A stretch of DNA of 64,000 bases from Candidatus Krumholzibacteriia bacterium (GCA_041484665.1 JBGPIA010000006.1:1-64000), one strand, 5' to 3'. Shown: positions 19,349 through 29,025, numbered from the stretch's first letter. Translations and numbers: made by a program. Notes: a model not told the origin generated them from the letters alone.

Positions 19349-20325
19349 CGTTCGGCCCCCTTGTCGGAGACGCTCCGTCCTAGGAGGGACGAAGGCAGAC
19401 TGAACCGGTACAAGGTACCGAGAGGGTCGGCGAGGGTCGCTGCGACGGTGGCGACCTCCTCCTGCGTCTGCCCGGCCGTGACAGCTCCGAGAGCGGCAAG
19501 GAACTTCGTCCCCTGGTCGAGTGCGTCCGGCGTCGGGCCAAAGCAGCCCCGGCATGGCATGTTGCCGCGGATGCAACGCTCACCGCAGCCGCCGCGGGTT
19601 GCGGGCCCGAGGCACGCGTATCCCTCCGCGAGAAAGCACTTCTCGGGGTCGGGCACGCTGGTCGCGATCCTGCGGAACTGCTGAATGGTGAACTGCTCGG
19701 GCTTCGCGCGGTTGCGGGGGCAGGTCTCGCAGAGGGACTTCTCGGGCGCCAGCACGGAGCCCTTCGGCGGGAGGTTCCCGGAGAGGATCGCCTGCACGGC
19801 CGTTGCGATCGACGCAGGCGGCGGTGCGCAGCCGGGCAGGTAGTAGTCCACGTCGATCACCTGATCGAGGCGTCGCACCGTGTTCCACAGCTCGGGAAGC
19901 TCCAGCTCGTGGCCGTCCACGCGGGTCTGGAGTTGGGGCAGGATCGACTGCGGGTTCACGACGGTCTCCGCACGCAGGTATTTGTTCTCGAGGATCCGAT
20001 CGCGGGTCGTGCAGTTGGCGAGGCCTGGGATCCCTCCCAGATGCGCACAGGAGCCGAAGGCGACCACCAGCCCGCACTTCTCGCGGAGCAGATTGACCCA
20101 CATCTCGTGGTCGGCGCTGCGGACCGAGCCGTTGATGAAGGCGACCGCCACGTCGCCTGGCTTCCAGCCACGGACGTCCTCGAGCTTGAAGTCCAGGGCA
20201 ACGGGCCACAGAACAATCTCCACGGCGTCCACGATCGGCAGGATCCCCTCCGCCAAATCCACCACCGCCTCCTCGCAGCCGCCGCAGGATGCGCACCAGT
20301 AAAAGGCCACCTTGGGTTTCGCCAT
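19345..20325 (-). CDS. mvhG: [NiFe] hydrogenase small Fe-S subunit
   Basis: CASCGGC, FGSCAHLGG, PGCAP, CLGPAT..C...C..GNMPCRGC. Confidence 0.93.
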   Translation of the reverse strand: MAKPKVAFYWCASCGGCEEAVVDLAEGILPIVDAVEIVLWPVALDFKLEDVRGWKPGDVAVAFINGSVRSADHEMWVNLLREKCGLVVAFGSCAHLGGIPGLANCTTRDRILENKYLRAETVVNPQSILPQLQTRVDGHELELPELWNTVRRLDQVIDVDYYLPGCAPPPASIATAVQAILSGNLPPKGSVLAPEKSLCETCPRNRAKPEQFTIQQFRRIATSVPDPEKCFLAEGYACLGPATRGGCGERCIRGNMPCRGCFGPTPDALDQGTKFLAALGAVTAGQTQEEVATVAATLADPLGTLYRFSLPSSLLGRSVSDKGAER

Positions 20326-20344
20326 CGGTCACCTCCGGTCGGCG

Positions 20345-20779
20345 TTAGGCAACCACCTCGACCCGCTCCTTCCAGCGGAGCGGGCCCAAGGTGCGCACCG
20401 TTTCGGTCAGCTCCCGCACGACTCGCGCAAAGCGGTCGCCCTCGGCGGCGGAGATCCACTCCAGGCGCACCCGCTCGCGCTCGATCCCGAATTGGAGAAG
20501 GAGGTTCATGAGCAGCCAGTAGCGTCGCTGGGCCTTGTAGTTGCCTTCCCCGTAGTGGCAGTCGCCGGGGTGGCAGCCCGCGATCAGGACCCCGTCCGCG
20601 CCGTCGACGAGCGCCTTCACCACGAAGGTCGGGTCCACCCGGCCCGTGCACATCACTCGGATCGTTGCGAGGTTCGCCGGGTACTCGATGCGGCTCGTTC
20701 CCGCCAGATCTGCTCCCGTGTAGGAGCACCAGCGGCACAGAAACCCCACGAGCCTCGGTTCGAACCGCTCTTGCGCCAT
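20345..20779 (-). CDS. mvhD: Hydrogenase/Hdr [2Fe-2S] adaptor subunit
   Basis: FLCRWCSYTGADLAG, RVMCTGRVDP, GCHPGDCHY, WISAAEG. Confidence 0.95.
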   Translation of the reverse strand: MAQERFEPRLVGFLCRWCSYTGADLAGTSRIEYPANLATIRVMCTGRVDPTFVVKALVDGADGVLIAGCHPGDCHYGEGNYKAQRRYWLLMNLLLQFGIERERVRLEWISAAEGDRFARVVRELTETVRTLGPLRWKERVEVVA

Positions 20780-20794
20780 GACTGCCCTCCTCGG

Positions 20795-23700
20795 CTAGAC
20801 GGCGAGCGCGCCCTCGATCTCGGCGAGAATCTGGGTGTCCTCGAAGTTCTCCTGGGTGGCGGCGCCGGAGGGGCACCCTGCCGCGCAGGTTCCGCACCCA
20901 TGACACAGCTCCCGGACAACCCGTGAGATGCTCCGTTCCGCGTCGTACTCGACCGCGCCGAACGGGCAGCTCGCGACGCACAGCTTGCATCCGCCGCACC
21001 GCTCCTCGCGGATCACCGCGCGGATCGGTTCCAGCACCACCTTTCCCCGATCCATGAGCACCAGCGCCCCGGCCGCCGCGGCGCTGCCCTGGGCCACCGA
21101 GTCAGGGATGTCCTTGGGCCCCTGGCAGGCGCCGGCGAGGAAAATGCCTTCAGTGGGCGTGTCCACCGGCGCGAGCTTGGGGTGTTTCTCCAGGAAGAAG
21201 CCGCCCTGCGCGCACCCAAGGGAGAACACGTGGGCGACGTCGGAGGAGTCCTTCCGCGGCGCAAGTCCGGCGGAAAGGATCACGAGCTCGGCCGGCACGC
21301 GCCGCGTGATTCCCAGCAGCGTGTCCTCGGCGACCACCATGAGCTTCCCTTCCTCTTCGGGAGACTCGGCGACGGCGGTCACCTCCGCCGCCTTGCCGCG
21401 GATGAAGTGCACTCCTTCGCGCAGGAGCCGCTTGTAGAACTCCTCGTAGCCCTTTCCGAAGGCGCGGATGTCGATGTAAAAGTTGTACACCTCCGCGCCG
21501 GTGTGCTCCCGCACGAGGTGGGCGAACTTGAGCGAGTACATGCAGCACACGCGCGAGCAGTACTCCAGGTGGCTCTCGTCGCGGCTGCCGATGCAGTGGA
21601 GGATTGCCACCGTCTTGGGGGCTTCGCCCTTCTTCGTCGTGATCCGTCCCCCCGTCGGGCCGCTCGCGTGGCACATGCGCTCGAACTCAAGCGCCGTGAT
21701 CACGTCGTCGTGCCGGCCGTACCCATACCGCGGGAGCTTCCGGACGTCGTAGGGCTCGAAGCCCGTGGCCACGACGATCGCCCCGACGTCGAGCTCGTGG
21801 ACCGTGTCGGCCATGAGGTGGTCGATGGCCTCCCGATCGCAGGCATCGGAGCAGATGCGGCAGTCGGAGCAGCCGCCGCACACGAGGCAGCGGGCGGCCT
21901 CCTCCATGGCCTGCTCGCGGGTGAACGTCCGCTCTACCTCCTCGAACGAGATCCCTGCCCCGTGGTTGACCGGAATGCGAGCGCGCGGCTTGCGCGGCAA
22001 GTCGGGGCGCCGCACGTGGTCCATCAGGGGCAGCTCCTGCGGGCGGTGGGACTCCTGCCGCAGGATGTCGAGGTCCTCGCCATGCAGGTAGAGATCCACG
22101 GCTGTCGCCGCCTGCCGTCCCGACGCCATCGCCTCGACCACCGTGCTCGGCCCCGTCACCGCGTCGCCGGCGGCGAACACCCCCAGCTTGCCGGTCTCGC
22201 AGGTGTACGGATCCGCGCGGAGCGTGGCCCACTTGGTGAGGTCGAAATCCTTGTCCTTCACGAGGAAGTCGAGGTCCGGGAGCTGGCTGATCGCGAGGAT
22301 CACCTGATCGATCTCGAACTCGACGTACTCGCCGTCGATCGGGATCGGCCGGCGCCGGCCCCCCTCGTCGGGCTGGCCGAGCCGCATTTTCTGGCAGCGC
22401 ACGCGGTTGAGGCGCCCGGACGGGCCGACGCGCAGCTCGACCGGGTTGACGAGGAAGTGCAGCTCGACACCCTCGTGCTTCGCCGCCTCGATCTCCGCCC
22501 CGATGGCAGGCATCTCCTCGCGTGTGCGGCGGTAGAGGATCATCACGTTCTCCGCGCCATGCCGCAGGGCCGTCCTCGCCGCGTCGACCGCGGCATTTCC
22601 GCCGCCCACCACGGCGACGCGCCGGCCGGTCTCGGCCCGGTCGTGGAGGTTGGCCTCCCGCAGGTAGTCGAGACAGTTCACGACCCCAACCAGATGCTCG
22701 CCGGGGATGCCGAGGTCGCGCCCTTTGGTGGTCCCCAGGGCCAGCAGGATCGCATCGAACCCGTCCTCCTTGAGGCTCTCGATGGTGACGCCGGACTCCC
22801 CCAGCGGCGTGTTCAGCCGCAGCTCCACGCCGTGGGCCAGCACATGGGCGACCTCCCGGTCGAGGATCTCGCGCGGGAGGCGGAAGGGAGGAATCCCGGT
22901 GCGCATGAGCCCACCGGGTTTGCCGTACTTCTCGAAGATCGTGATGGCGTAGCCCTTGCGCGCCAGATCGTAGGCGCCGGTCAGGCCGGCGGGGCCCGAG
23001 CCGACGACCGCGACCTTCCTCCCGTTGGGCTCTGGGCGCACCGGCTCGGGGGACAGCCCCAGCTCGATCTCGCGATCCGCCACGAACCGTTTCAGGGCGC
23101 AGATCGCCAGCGATTCATCGTGGTAGCCGCGCTGGCACCGGTCCTCGCAGGGATGGTGGCAGACCCGGCCCAGGCTCGCCGGAAACGGGTTGACGTCGCG
23201 AATCACCTTGAGCGCTCCGGTAAAATCCCCGTGAGCGATCAGGTTGACGTATCCCTGTGTGCGCGTGTGGATCGGACATGTCTCTTCGCACATGGGTACG
23301 CCGCGCTTCTCGATCACGTAGGCGTTGGGAATCGCCTGGGGGAAGCTGCGGTAGATCGCTTTGCGCGTGCTCCCCAGCAGATCGAAATCGTTCGGGTGCA
23401 CGCAGGGGCAGACCTTCTCGCATTCGCCGCAGCCGGTGCAGTCCGCGGTGACGTAGCGGGCGTGCTGGTGGACCTTGACGTGGAAATTGCCGACGAAACC
23501 CTTGACCTCCTCGACCGCGGAGAGCGTCAGCAACGTGATGTTCGGGTGCTGCCCAACGGTGACCATCTTGGGGGTGAGGATGCACGCTGCGCAGTCGAGG
23601 GTGGGGAAGGTCTTGTCGAACCGGGCCATGTGGCCTCCGATCGAGGACTCCTTCTCGACCAAGTAGACATGCCTACCGGAGTCCGCGAGGCGCAGGGCCG

Positions 23701-24172
23701 CCTCGATCCCGGCGATCCCCGCGCCGACGACCAGCGCCTCGCCGCGCACCGGGACCTCCTGGCGCAGGAGCGGCCGGTGTTGCGCGACGCGCCGCACGGC
23801 CGCCGCGATCAGGCGCTTGGCCTTCTCCGTCGCCTCGGAGCGTTCGTGGTGCACCCACGAGCACTGCTCCCGAATGTTGGACATCTGGAAAAGAAAGCGG
23901 TTGAGCCCCGCGTCCTCGCAGGCGCCCCGGAAGGTTTCCTCGTGCATGAGGGGCGAGCAGGAGGCCACCACCACATGGGTGAGCCGCTCGGACTTGATGT
24001 CCTCCTTGATGAGCGCCTGGCCGGGGTCGGAGCACATGTACTTGTACTCACGGACGACCGCGACGCCGGGAAGACTCCGCGCGAATCCGGCGACCTCCTG
24101 GATGTCGACGGTCCGCGCGATGTTGGTTCCGCAGTGGCAGATGTAGACGCCGATCTGGTTGCCGTCTTTCAT
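20795..24172 (-). CDS. hdrA: Heterodisulfide reductase subunit A-like flavoprotein with an inserted GltD-like NAD(P)H/FAD module (HdrL-like)
   Basis: HdrA motifs GVYICHCGTNI, KTFPTLDC, YCSRVCC, GACQGPKDI and ferredoxin CxxCxxC clusters, interrupted by GRVCHHPCE, GSGPAG, GGGNAA..YRR, FAAGD. Confidence 0.92.
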   Translation of the reverse strand: MKDGNQIGVYICHCGTNIARTVDIQEVAGFARSLPGVAVVREYKYMCSDPGQALIKEDIKSERLTHVVVASCSPLMHEETFRGACEDAGLNRFLFQMSNIREQCSWVHHERSEATEKAKRLIAAAVRRVAQHRPLLRQEVPVRGEALVVGAGIAGIEAALRLADSGRHVYLVEKESSIGGHMARFDKTFPTLDCAACILTPKMVTVGQHPNITLLTLSAVEEVKGFVGNFHVKVHQHARYVTADCTGCGECEKVCPCVHPNDFDLLGSTRKAIYRSFPQAIPNAYVIEKRGVPMCEETCPIHTRTQGYVNLIAHGDFTGALKVIRDVNPFPASLGRVCHHPCEDRCQRGYHDESLAICALKRFVADREIELGLSPEPVRPEPNGRKVAVVGSGPAGLTGAYDLARKGYAITIFEKYGKPGGLMRTGIPPFRLPREILDREVAHVLAHGVELRLNTPLGESGVTIESLKEDGFDAILLALGTTKGRDLGIPGEHLVGVVNCLDYLREANLHDRAETGRRVAVVGGGNAAVDAARTALRHGAENVMILYRRTREEMPAIGAEIEAAKHEGVELHFLVNPVELRVGPSGRLNRVRCQKMRLGQPDEGGRRRPIPIDGEYVEFEIDQVILAISQLPDLDFLVKDKDFDLTKWATLRADPYTCETGKLGVFAAGDAVTGPSTVVEAMASGRQAATAVDLYLHGEDLDILRQESHRPQELPLMDHVRRPDLPRKPRARIPVNHGAGISFEEVERTFTREQAMEEAARCLVCGGCSDCRICSDACDREAIDHLMADTVHELDVGAIVVATGFEPYDVRKLPRYGYGRHDDVITALEFERMCHASGPTGGRITTKKGEAPKTVAILHCIGSRDESHLEYCSRVCCMYSLKFAHLVREHTGAEVYNFYIDIRAFGKGYEEFYKRLLREGVHFIRGKAAEVTAVAESPEEEGKLMVVAEDTLLGITRRVPAELVILSAGLAPRKDSSDVAHVFSLGCAQGGFFLEKHPKLAPVDTPTEGIFLAGACQGPKDIPDSVAQGSAAAAGALVLMDRGKVVLEPIRAVIREERCGGCKLCVASCPFGAVEYDAERSISRVVRELCHGCGTCAAGCPSGAATQENFEDTQILAEIEGALAV

Positions 24173-25062
24173 GGCGCCTCCAGCCTCGCCGCGAGCATCG
24201 GCTCGACCCGTGTGAGCGAATCCCCGAGCGCCAGCTCTCTGTTCCCCAGACCGAGGGCAGTCCCCAGCAGCTGGGTGAAGTAGAGAACCGGGATGTGGCT
24301 ATCCGCTCCCGCACGGTCCGAGATCTTGTCCTGGTATGCCTCCAGGTTGACCTGGCAGAGCGGGCACGCGGTGCTGATGCAGTCGGCCCCCGCTCGCCGC
24401 GCCTCCCGCAGGAGCTTCCCGGCCGCGTCGAGACCGACGTCCTGCTGGGTCGTCATCAGCATCCCGCTGCAGCACTTCGTCTTGAGTTGAAAGTCGACCG
24501 GCGTCGCGCCGAGCCAGCCCATGAGCCGATCCATTGACTCCGGGAACTCTGCGTCGTCGAACTCGGCGTAGGGTCGCGTGATCTGGCAGCCGTAGTAGCA
24601 GGCGACCCTCAGCCCCTCGAGGCGCCGGACCACGTGGCGCTCGATCGCCTCCTTGCCCAGGTCGTTCACCACCACGTCAAGGAAGTGACGCACCCGGACC
24701 GTGCCGCGGTAGTCCATTCCGCCGGCTTTGAGCGCCTCGCGCACGCGGTCGCGCAGCTGTGGGTCCTCCTGGAAGCGATGGTTCGCCTTGTGGAGGACGA
24801 CGTAGCAGCCGCTACAGACCGTGACGAGATCGCGGCTCTGTCCCTCCGAAAGGGCAAGGTTGCGGGCCGACAGCACCATGGCGCGCCCATCGTCGATGGA
24901 CAGATAGGCGGTGGCACCGCAGCAGTTCCAATCCGCAAGCTCGACCATCTCCACGCCTAGGACCTTCGCGACGTTCCGCGTGGAGCTGTCGTACGCCTTG
25001 TTCGTCGTCTCGAGCGAGCACCCGGGAAAATAGGCGTAGACCTTCTGGCCCGGCGAAATCAT
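24169..25062 (-). CDS. hdrB: Heterodisulfide reductase subunit B
   Basis: YFPGC, WNCCG, CSGC, YYGC, KCCS, ACPLCQ (two CCG domains). Confidence 0.95.
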   Translation of the reverse strand: MISPGQKVYAYFPGCSLETTNKAYDSSTRNVAKVLGVEMVELADWNCCGATAYLSIDDGRAMVLSARNLALSEGQSRDLVTVCSGCYVVLHKANHRFQEDPQLRDRVREALKAGGMDYRGTVRVRHFLDVVVNDLGKEAIERHVVRRLEGLRVACYYGCQITRPYAEFDDAEFPESMDRLMGWLGATPVDFQLKTKCCSGMLMTTQQDVGLDAAGKLLREARRAGADCISTACPLCQVNLEAYQDKISDRAGADSHIPVLYFTQLLGTALGLGNRELALGDSLTRVEPMLAARLEAP

Positions 25063-25628
25063 CGCGACCTGCCCTTCTCCATCGCCGCCATCATCGTGCG
25101 CAGCCCCTCGATTCCCGCGATCCTGCGCGGACGGACGCCGATCCTCCCCCGGCGAAGGAGGCGCCATCCGAGGGGTAGATACGCGAGCGCCCTGAGTGGA
25201 TTGGTGCTCCAGAAGTAGTTTCTGAGGAGCTCTCCTTCAGAGCTGCGTCCGCAGCGATCCACGACTTCCACGAAAGCCTTGGCCATCTCGACCCCGTTTG
25301 TCCTGCCGCGAACGTAGCCCTTCTCGATTCCCAGTCGCTTGAGCTGGTACATCACATCGGTGAAGGGGATCCCCGCCGGGCAGCGGACGGTGCACAAGTA
25401 ACAGGACGTGCAGAGCCACACCGTGTTCGACGCAAGCACCCGGTCCAGCATTCCCGCGCGAAGGGCGGCAATAGCCGCGCGCGGGGGGTAGTCCATGGCA
25501 CGGCTCGAGGGGCAGGATGCCGAGCAGGTTCCGCACTGGAGGCACTGATCGATCTTCTCGCCGCCCGGCGTGGCGCGGACGCTTTCGAGGAACTCGTCGG
25601 TGAGCGCGCGCGCCTCGGTGGCGTTCAT
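25059..25628 (-). CDS. hdrC: Heterodisulfide reductase subunit C
   Basis: CLQCGTCSASCP and WLCTSCYLCTVRCP; RBS ggagg before ATG 25628. Confidence 0.95.
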   Translation of the reverse strand: MNATEARALTDEFLESVRATPGGEKIDQCLQCGTCSASCPSSRAMDYPPRAAIAALRAGMLDRVLASNTVWLCTSCYLCTVRCPAGIPFTDVMYQLKRLGIEKGYVRGRTNGVEMAKAFVEVVDRCGRSSEGELLRNYFWSTNPLRALAYLPLGWRLLRRGRIGVRPRRIAGIEGLRTMMAAMEKGRSR

Positions 25629-25674
25629 TCCTTGCCTCCTCACGCCTGGGGGAATCGCGTGACGTTGCGCTGAC

Positions 25675-25690
25675 CGCAACCGGCATGCCT
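25675..25690 (-). promoter_or_regulatory. Sigma54 (-24/-12) promoter of the hdr-mvh operon
   Basis: Minus strand AGGCATGCCGGTTGCG = GG-N10-GC, ~50 bp upstream of hdrC and next to a sigma54 activator gene. Confidence 0.75.
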
Positions 25691-25786
25691 GCCCGGTGCG
25701 TGCTACCGAAGCGCTCGGAACGCACGCAACGGTCGCGGATTAACCTGGCAGGATCGCGTGGGGGTCCGGACTGCATCGCCCAGCGG

Positions 25787-25822
25787 CCACGGATTCCCGC
25801 GGGCGCGCGCGGATTCCCGTGG
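25787..25822. promoter_or_regulatory. Candidate enhancer (UAS) for the sigma54 activator
   Basis: cggattcccg twice, 20 bp apart, within ccacgg...ccgtgg, about 100-130 bp upstream of the -24 element. Confidence 0.45.
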
Positions 25823-25872
25823 CTTCGAACCCACCGACTTTGCTAGAGCGGCTCTGCGGGAGCTCCGCGATT

Positions 25873-27210
25873 CTATGGGAGCCCCAACCGCTCGAGCCTG
25901 TCGCGGAAGGTCGAGGGCTTCATGCCCAGCAGGTGCGCCGCTGCGGTCTTGTTCCCGCCCGTGGCGTTGAGCGCGCCGAGGAGCAACTCGCGCTCGAATC
26001 GGTCCACGCGCTGCTTGAACGCCGGACCGCCATTCGTGCGGGCGTCTTCTCGGCCGAGTTGCTGGACAAGCGGGTCTGCCGAGATCGTGCCCTTTCCGGT
26101 GTGGTAGGCCCACTCGAGGACGTTCCGCAGCTCACGAACGTTTCCCGGCCAGTGGTACGACGCAAGAACGCCAGCGACCTCAGGATCGAGGACGACCTTC
26201 TCGCTGCCCGAGAGGCGCTGCAGGATGTGCGCGGCGATCTGCGGGACGTCCTCCAGCCGCTCCCGCAGGGGCGGAAGGTCGATCCGCATCACGTTGAGGC
26301 GGTAGTACAGATCCTCGCGAACGGTCCCCGCGGCGATCTCCTCCGCAAGGTCCGTCTTGCTCGAGGCGATGATGCGCACCTGGGACTGGATCGGCGTCGC
26401 CCCTCCCACGCGCTCGAACACGCGGTCTTCGATGACGCGCAGGAGCTTCACCTGCTCGGGGTAGGGGATGTCGTCCACGTCGTCCAGGTACAGCGTGCCA
26501 CCGGCGGCCAGGTCGAACCGGCCGGGGCGCATGCGGTCCGCGCCGGTGAACGCGCCGCGCTCGTGCCCGTACAGCTCGCTCGCGAACAGGTCGTGCGGGA
26601 ACACCGCGCAGCTCACCTTCACGAGGGGCGAGGCATGTCGCGGGCTCTTCTTGTGGATGATGGAAGCCACCAAGTCCTTGCCGGTGCCGGTTTCGCCGCA
26701 CAAGAGCACGTTCGACTCGGTGCGGGCGCAGATCTCCACCAGCTCCAGGATGCGGCGCATGGCGGGCGCGCTTCCCACGAGCACGCTTTCGGCCGCGCCG
26801 CCGGGCTCCCGCGCGCCGACAGCCTCCCTCTGCCTGGCCTCCTCGCGGATCCGCTCGATGCGCCGGAGGATGGGAAGCAGCCGCTCGTTGGAGAACGGCT
26901 TCGTCAGGAAGTCGAAGGCCCCCTTCTTCATCGCCTCGACGGCAACTGGGATGCTCCCGTAGGCCGTGATCATGATGAAGTCGCAGCCCGCGTTGGGGCC
27001 AGCCTTGGTCTTCTCGAGCAGCTCCATGCCGCTGAGGCCGGGCATCTTGAGGTCGGCGATCACCACGTCGATCAGCGCCCGCTCGAGACACCCCAGCGCC
27101 TGCTGTCCGTCCGCGCACGCCGTCACCTCGTGACCCCAGGAGGACACGTCCTCTTCCAGCGACCTCCGCTTCATCTCCTCGTCGTCGACGACCAGGATCC
27201 TCATGGCCAT
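25873..27210 (-). CDS. NtrC/AtoC-family sigma54-dependent response regulator
   Basis: Receiver ILVVDDE..DLKMP, Walker A GETGTGKD, GAFTGA, WPGNVREL, Fis-type HTH. Confidence 0.95.
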   Translation of the reverse strand: MAMRILVVDDEEMKRRSLEEDVSSWGHEVTACADGQQALGCLERALIDVVIADLKMPGLSGMELLEKTKAGPNAGCDFIMITAYGSIPVAVEAMKKGAFDFLTKPFSNERLLPILRRIERIREEARQREAVGAREPGGAAESVLVGSAPAMRRILELVEICARTESNVLLCGETGTGKDLVASIIHKKSPRHASPLVKVSCAVFPHDLFASELYGHERGAFTGADRMRPGRFDLAAGGTLYLDDVDDIPYPEQVKLLRVIEDRVFERVGGATPIQSQVRIIASSKTDLAEEIAAGTVREDLYYRLNVMRIDLPPLRERLEDVPQIAAHILQRLSGSEKVVLDPEVAGVLASYHWPGNVRELRNVLEWAYHTGKGTISADPLVQQLGREDARTNGGPAFKQRVDRFERELLLGALNATGGNKTAAAHLLGMKPSTFRDRLERLGLP

Positions 27211-27214
27211 GTCC

Positions 27215-28537
27215 TCACGCGTCGTCCGCTGCTGCGGCCAATAGAACGCGGAAAGTCGAGCCCCTCGCCAGCTGGCTTTCGACCTCGAGGCGCCCTCCCA
27301 TCTCGGAGAGGAGCATCCGGCAGAGGCCCAGGCCAAGGCCCGTCCCGCCCGTCTGGGCCTTGGTGGTGTAGAAGGGCTCGAAGATCTTCTCGAGCCGGTC
27401 GGCCGGGATCCCGACCCCGCTGTCATGGACTTCGATCGCCACGCAGCCGTCGGGCCCGATGTCCGGCCGCTCTTGCGCGTGGGTCCTGACAAGCAGTGTC
27501 CCGCCCTGCGGCATGGCATCGAGGGCGTTCGTGCACAGGTTGAACAGGATCTCCTCGATCGAGTACGGATCGCCCCAGGCCTTCGGCACCGCCGAGCAGT
27601 CCAGCTGCACCGTGATCCCCCGGCCCGCGAGGGTATTCGCGTAGAGCTGCAGCGTCGCGTCCACCGCGCGATTCACGTCGCACGCCTGGAGCTCGAGGCC
27701 CTGCGGCCGCGCAAACTCCTGCAGCCGCTTGGCCACGTTCTCGATGCGACCGAGAGCGGCCATCATGAGACGCACCGTCTCCTTGAGGCGTTCGTTTGCG
27801 CCGGCGCCGCTCTCGATCCGGCGCAAACCGTTCTGGAGGCCGTCCAGCGGATTGGCGATCTGGTGCGCGAATCCGGCGACGAGCTGGCCGATCCCGAGCA
27901 TCTTCTCGTGCTGCCGGATCTGGCCCTGCACTCTCTCGACGTAGCGCGAGACAGAGGTCGTGAGGTAGGCCGCGATGCCAAGGGTGCTGCCCAGCGCGAT
28001 CAGCACGCCAAGCGGATACACGTAGCCTTCGGGCCCCCGCTCGTCGGCGATTCCCGCGTGGAGTCCGGGCAGGTCCAGGGGATGCGGCGGGATCACCCCC
28101 CAGCTCTGCAGGAAGAGAACCGCGCCGACCAACACGACGGCCAGGAATGCCAGGAGATACGGCGCCCATCCGGGCAGCAGAATGCTCGCCATCACGACGT
28201 GGAACACAAAGTAGAGGATGAACGGGTTGTGCGCGATGTCCGAGAAGTAGAGAAGAAGCGTGAGGGCGAGCAGATCGAGGCCGAATTGCAGGAGGATCCG
28301 CCCGGCGCCTCGGGCACGATGGCCGCGTCGAGCGCGCGGGCGTCGATAGGCCGCCTGGAAGAGCAGGTTGTAGGCGATGATGCAGAGCGCGATCGCGTAG
28401 AGCGGTCTGGGATCGCGCAGGATGCCGAGCACCGAGGAGGCGACCCAGACAGTGAGGACGACACCCGCGCTCGCGAGCCAGCGCACGGCGACCAGCCAGC
28501 GGCCTTGCTCCTCGAGGTCCTGCGCGGCGAGCCTCAT
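27215..28537 (-). CDS. Membrane-bound sensor histidine kinase
   Basis: Several N-terminal TM helices, H-box AGFAHQIANPL, NLCTNALDAM, DSGVGI, FEPFYTTK, GTGLGL. Confidence 0.93.
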   Translation of the reverse strand: MRLAAQDLEEQGRWLVAVRWLASAGVVLTVWVASSVLGILRDPRPLYAIALCIIAYNLLFQAAYRRPRARRGHRARGAGRILLQFGLDLLALTLLLYFSDIAHNPFILYFVFHVVMASILLPGWAPYLLAFLAVVLVGAVLFLQSWGVIPPHPLDLPGLHAGIADERGPEGYVYPLGVLIALGSTLGIAAYLTTSVSRYVERVQGQIRQHEKMLGIGQLVAGFAHQIANPLDGLQNGLRRIESGAGANERLKETVRLMMAALGRIENVAKRLQEFARPQGLELQACDVNRAVDATLQLYANTLAGRGITVQLDCSAVPKAWGDPYSIEEILFNLCTNALDAMPQGGTLLVRTHAQERPDIGPDGCVAIEVHDSGVGIPADRLEKIFEPFYTTKAQTGGTGLGLGLCRMLLSEMGGRLEVESQLARGSTFRVLLAAAADDA

Positions 28538-28845
28538 CGGCCCTCCACGGCATCAGGCAACGCCAACCTGCGGACCCGCCCAGTCAAGGCTGGACCCATG
28601 CCCAGCGACTGCCGTCCCGGGGGCCCGGGTCCCACCCTCCTTCGCAACAGTACGCCCGTGTCGCCGCCGCCTCCACCCCTTCGTGCCCCGGCAGCGGCCT
28701 GACCGGGGCGTGCCCCCAGGCTGCGGTTGGCGAACAACCTGTAACTCCTGTGACAACCACTACTCGTGGCACGGCGCTGCCAGCACCAGCCGGTGACCGT
28801 GCTCCACTTGCTTCCACGCGCACTGCTCGCAGCACTGCCACCCAG

Positions 28846-29025
28846 GTGCACCCAACCCAGGAGCGCGCTCTGGGTCTCTGCGGTCAACCGCTGCTGGCGC
28901 CGCAGCGCCCTCAGCACCAGCCGGCGGTTGAGCTCGGTCAAGGCGGCAGCGTCCCAGTGCCCGAGCCGCTCGAAGCGGCCGTCCACAGCGAAGGCTCCGT
29001 CGGTCACGACCGCGGACGTGGGTTC
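28846..29025 (-). pseudogene. IS91/ISCR transposase, copy 4, short internal fragment
   Basis: VTDGAFAVDGRFERLGHWDAAALTELNRRLVL.ALRR.QRLTAETQ.ALLGWVH; nearly identical at DNA level to 14767-14932. Confidence 0.9.

Noticed and set aside
21182..24283. 1033-aa plus-strand ORF, and similar long ORFs at 11378, 17966, 33111, 49195, 53421 and 59975
   Set aside because: Antisense shadows of well-supported genes in high-GC DNA; no recognisable motifs
17879..25628. Selenocysteine recoding in Hdr/Mvh subunits
   Set aside because: All frames are open with Cys at the relevant positions (DPCHAC, GCHPGDC); no in-frame TGA
28767..28783. Sigma54 promoter tggcacggcgctgc
   Set aside because: GG-to-GC spacing is 9 rather than 10 nt and it points into an IS remnant
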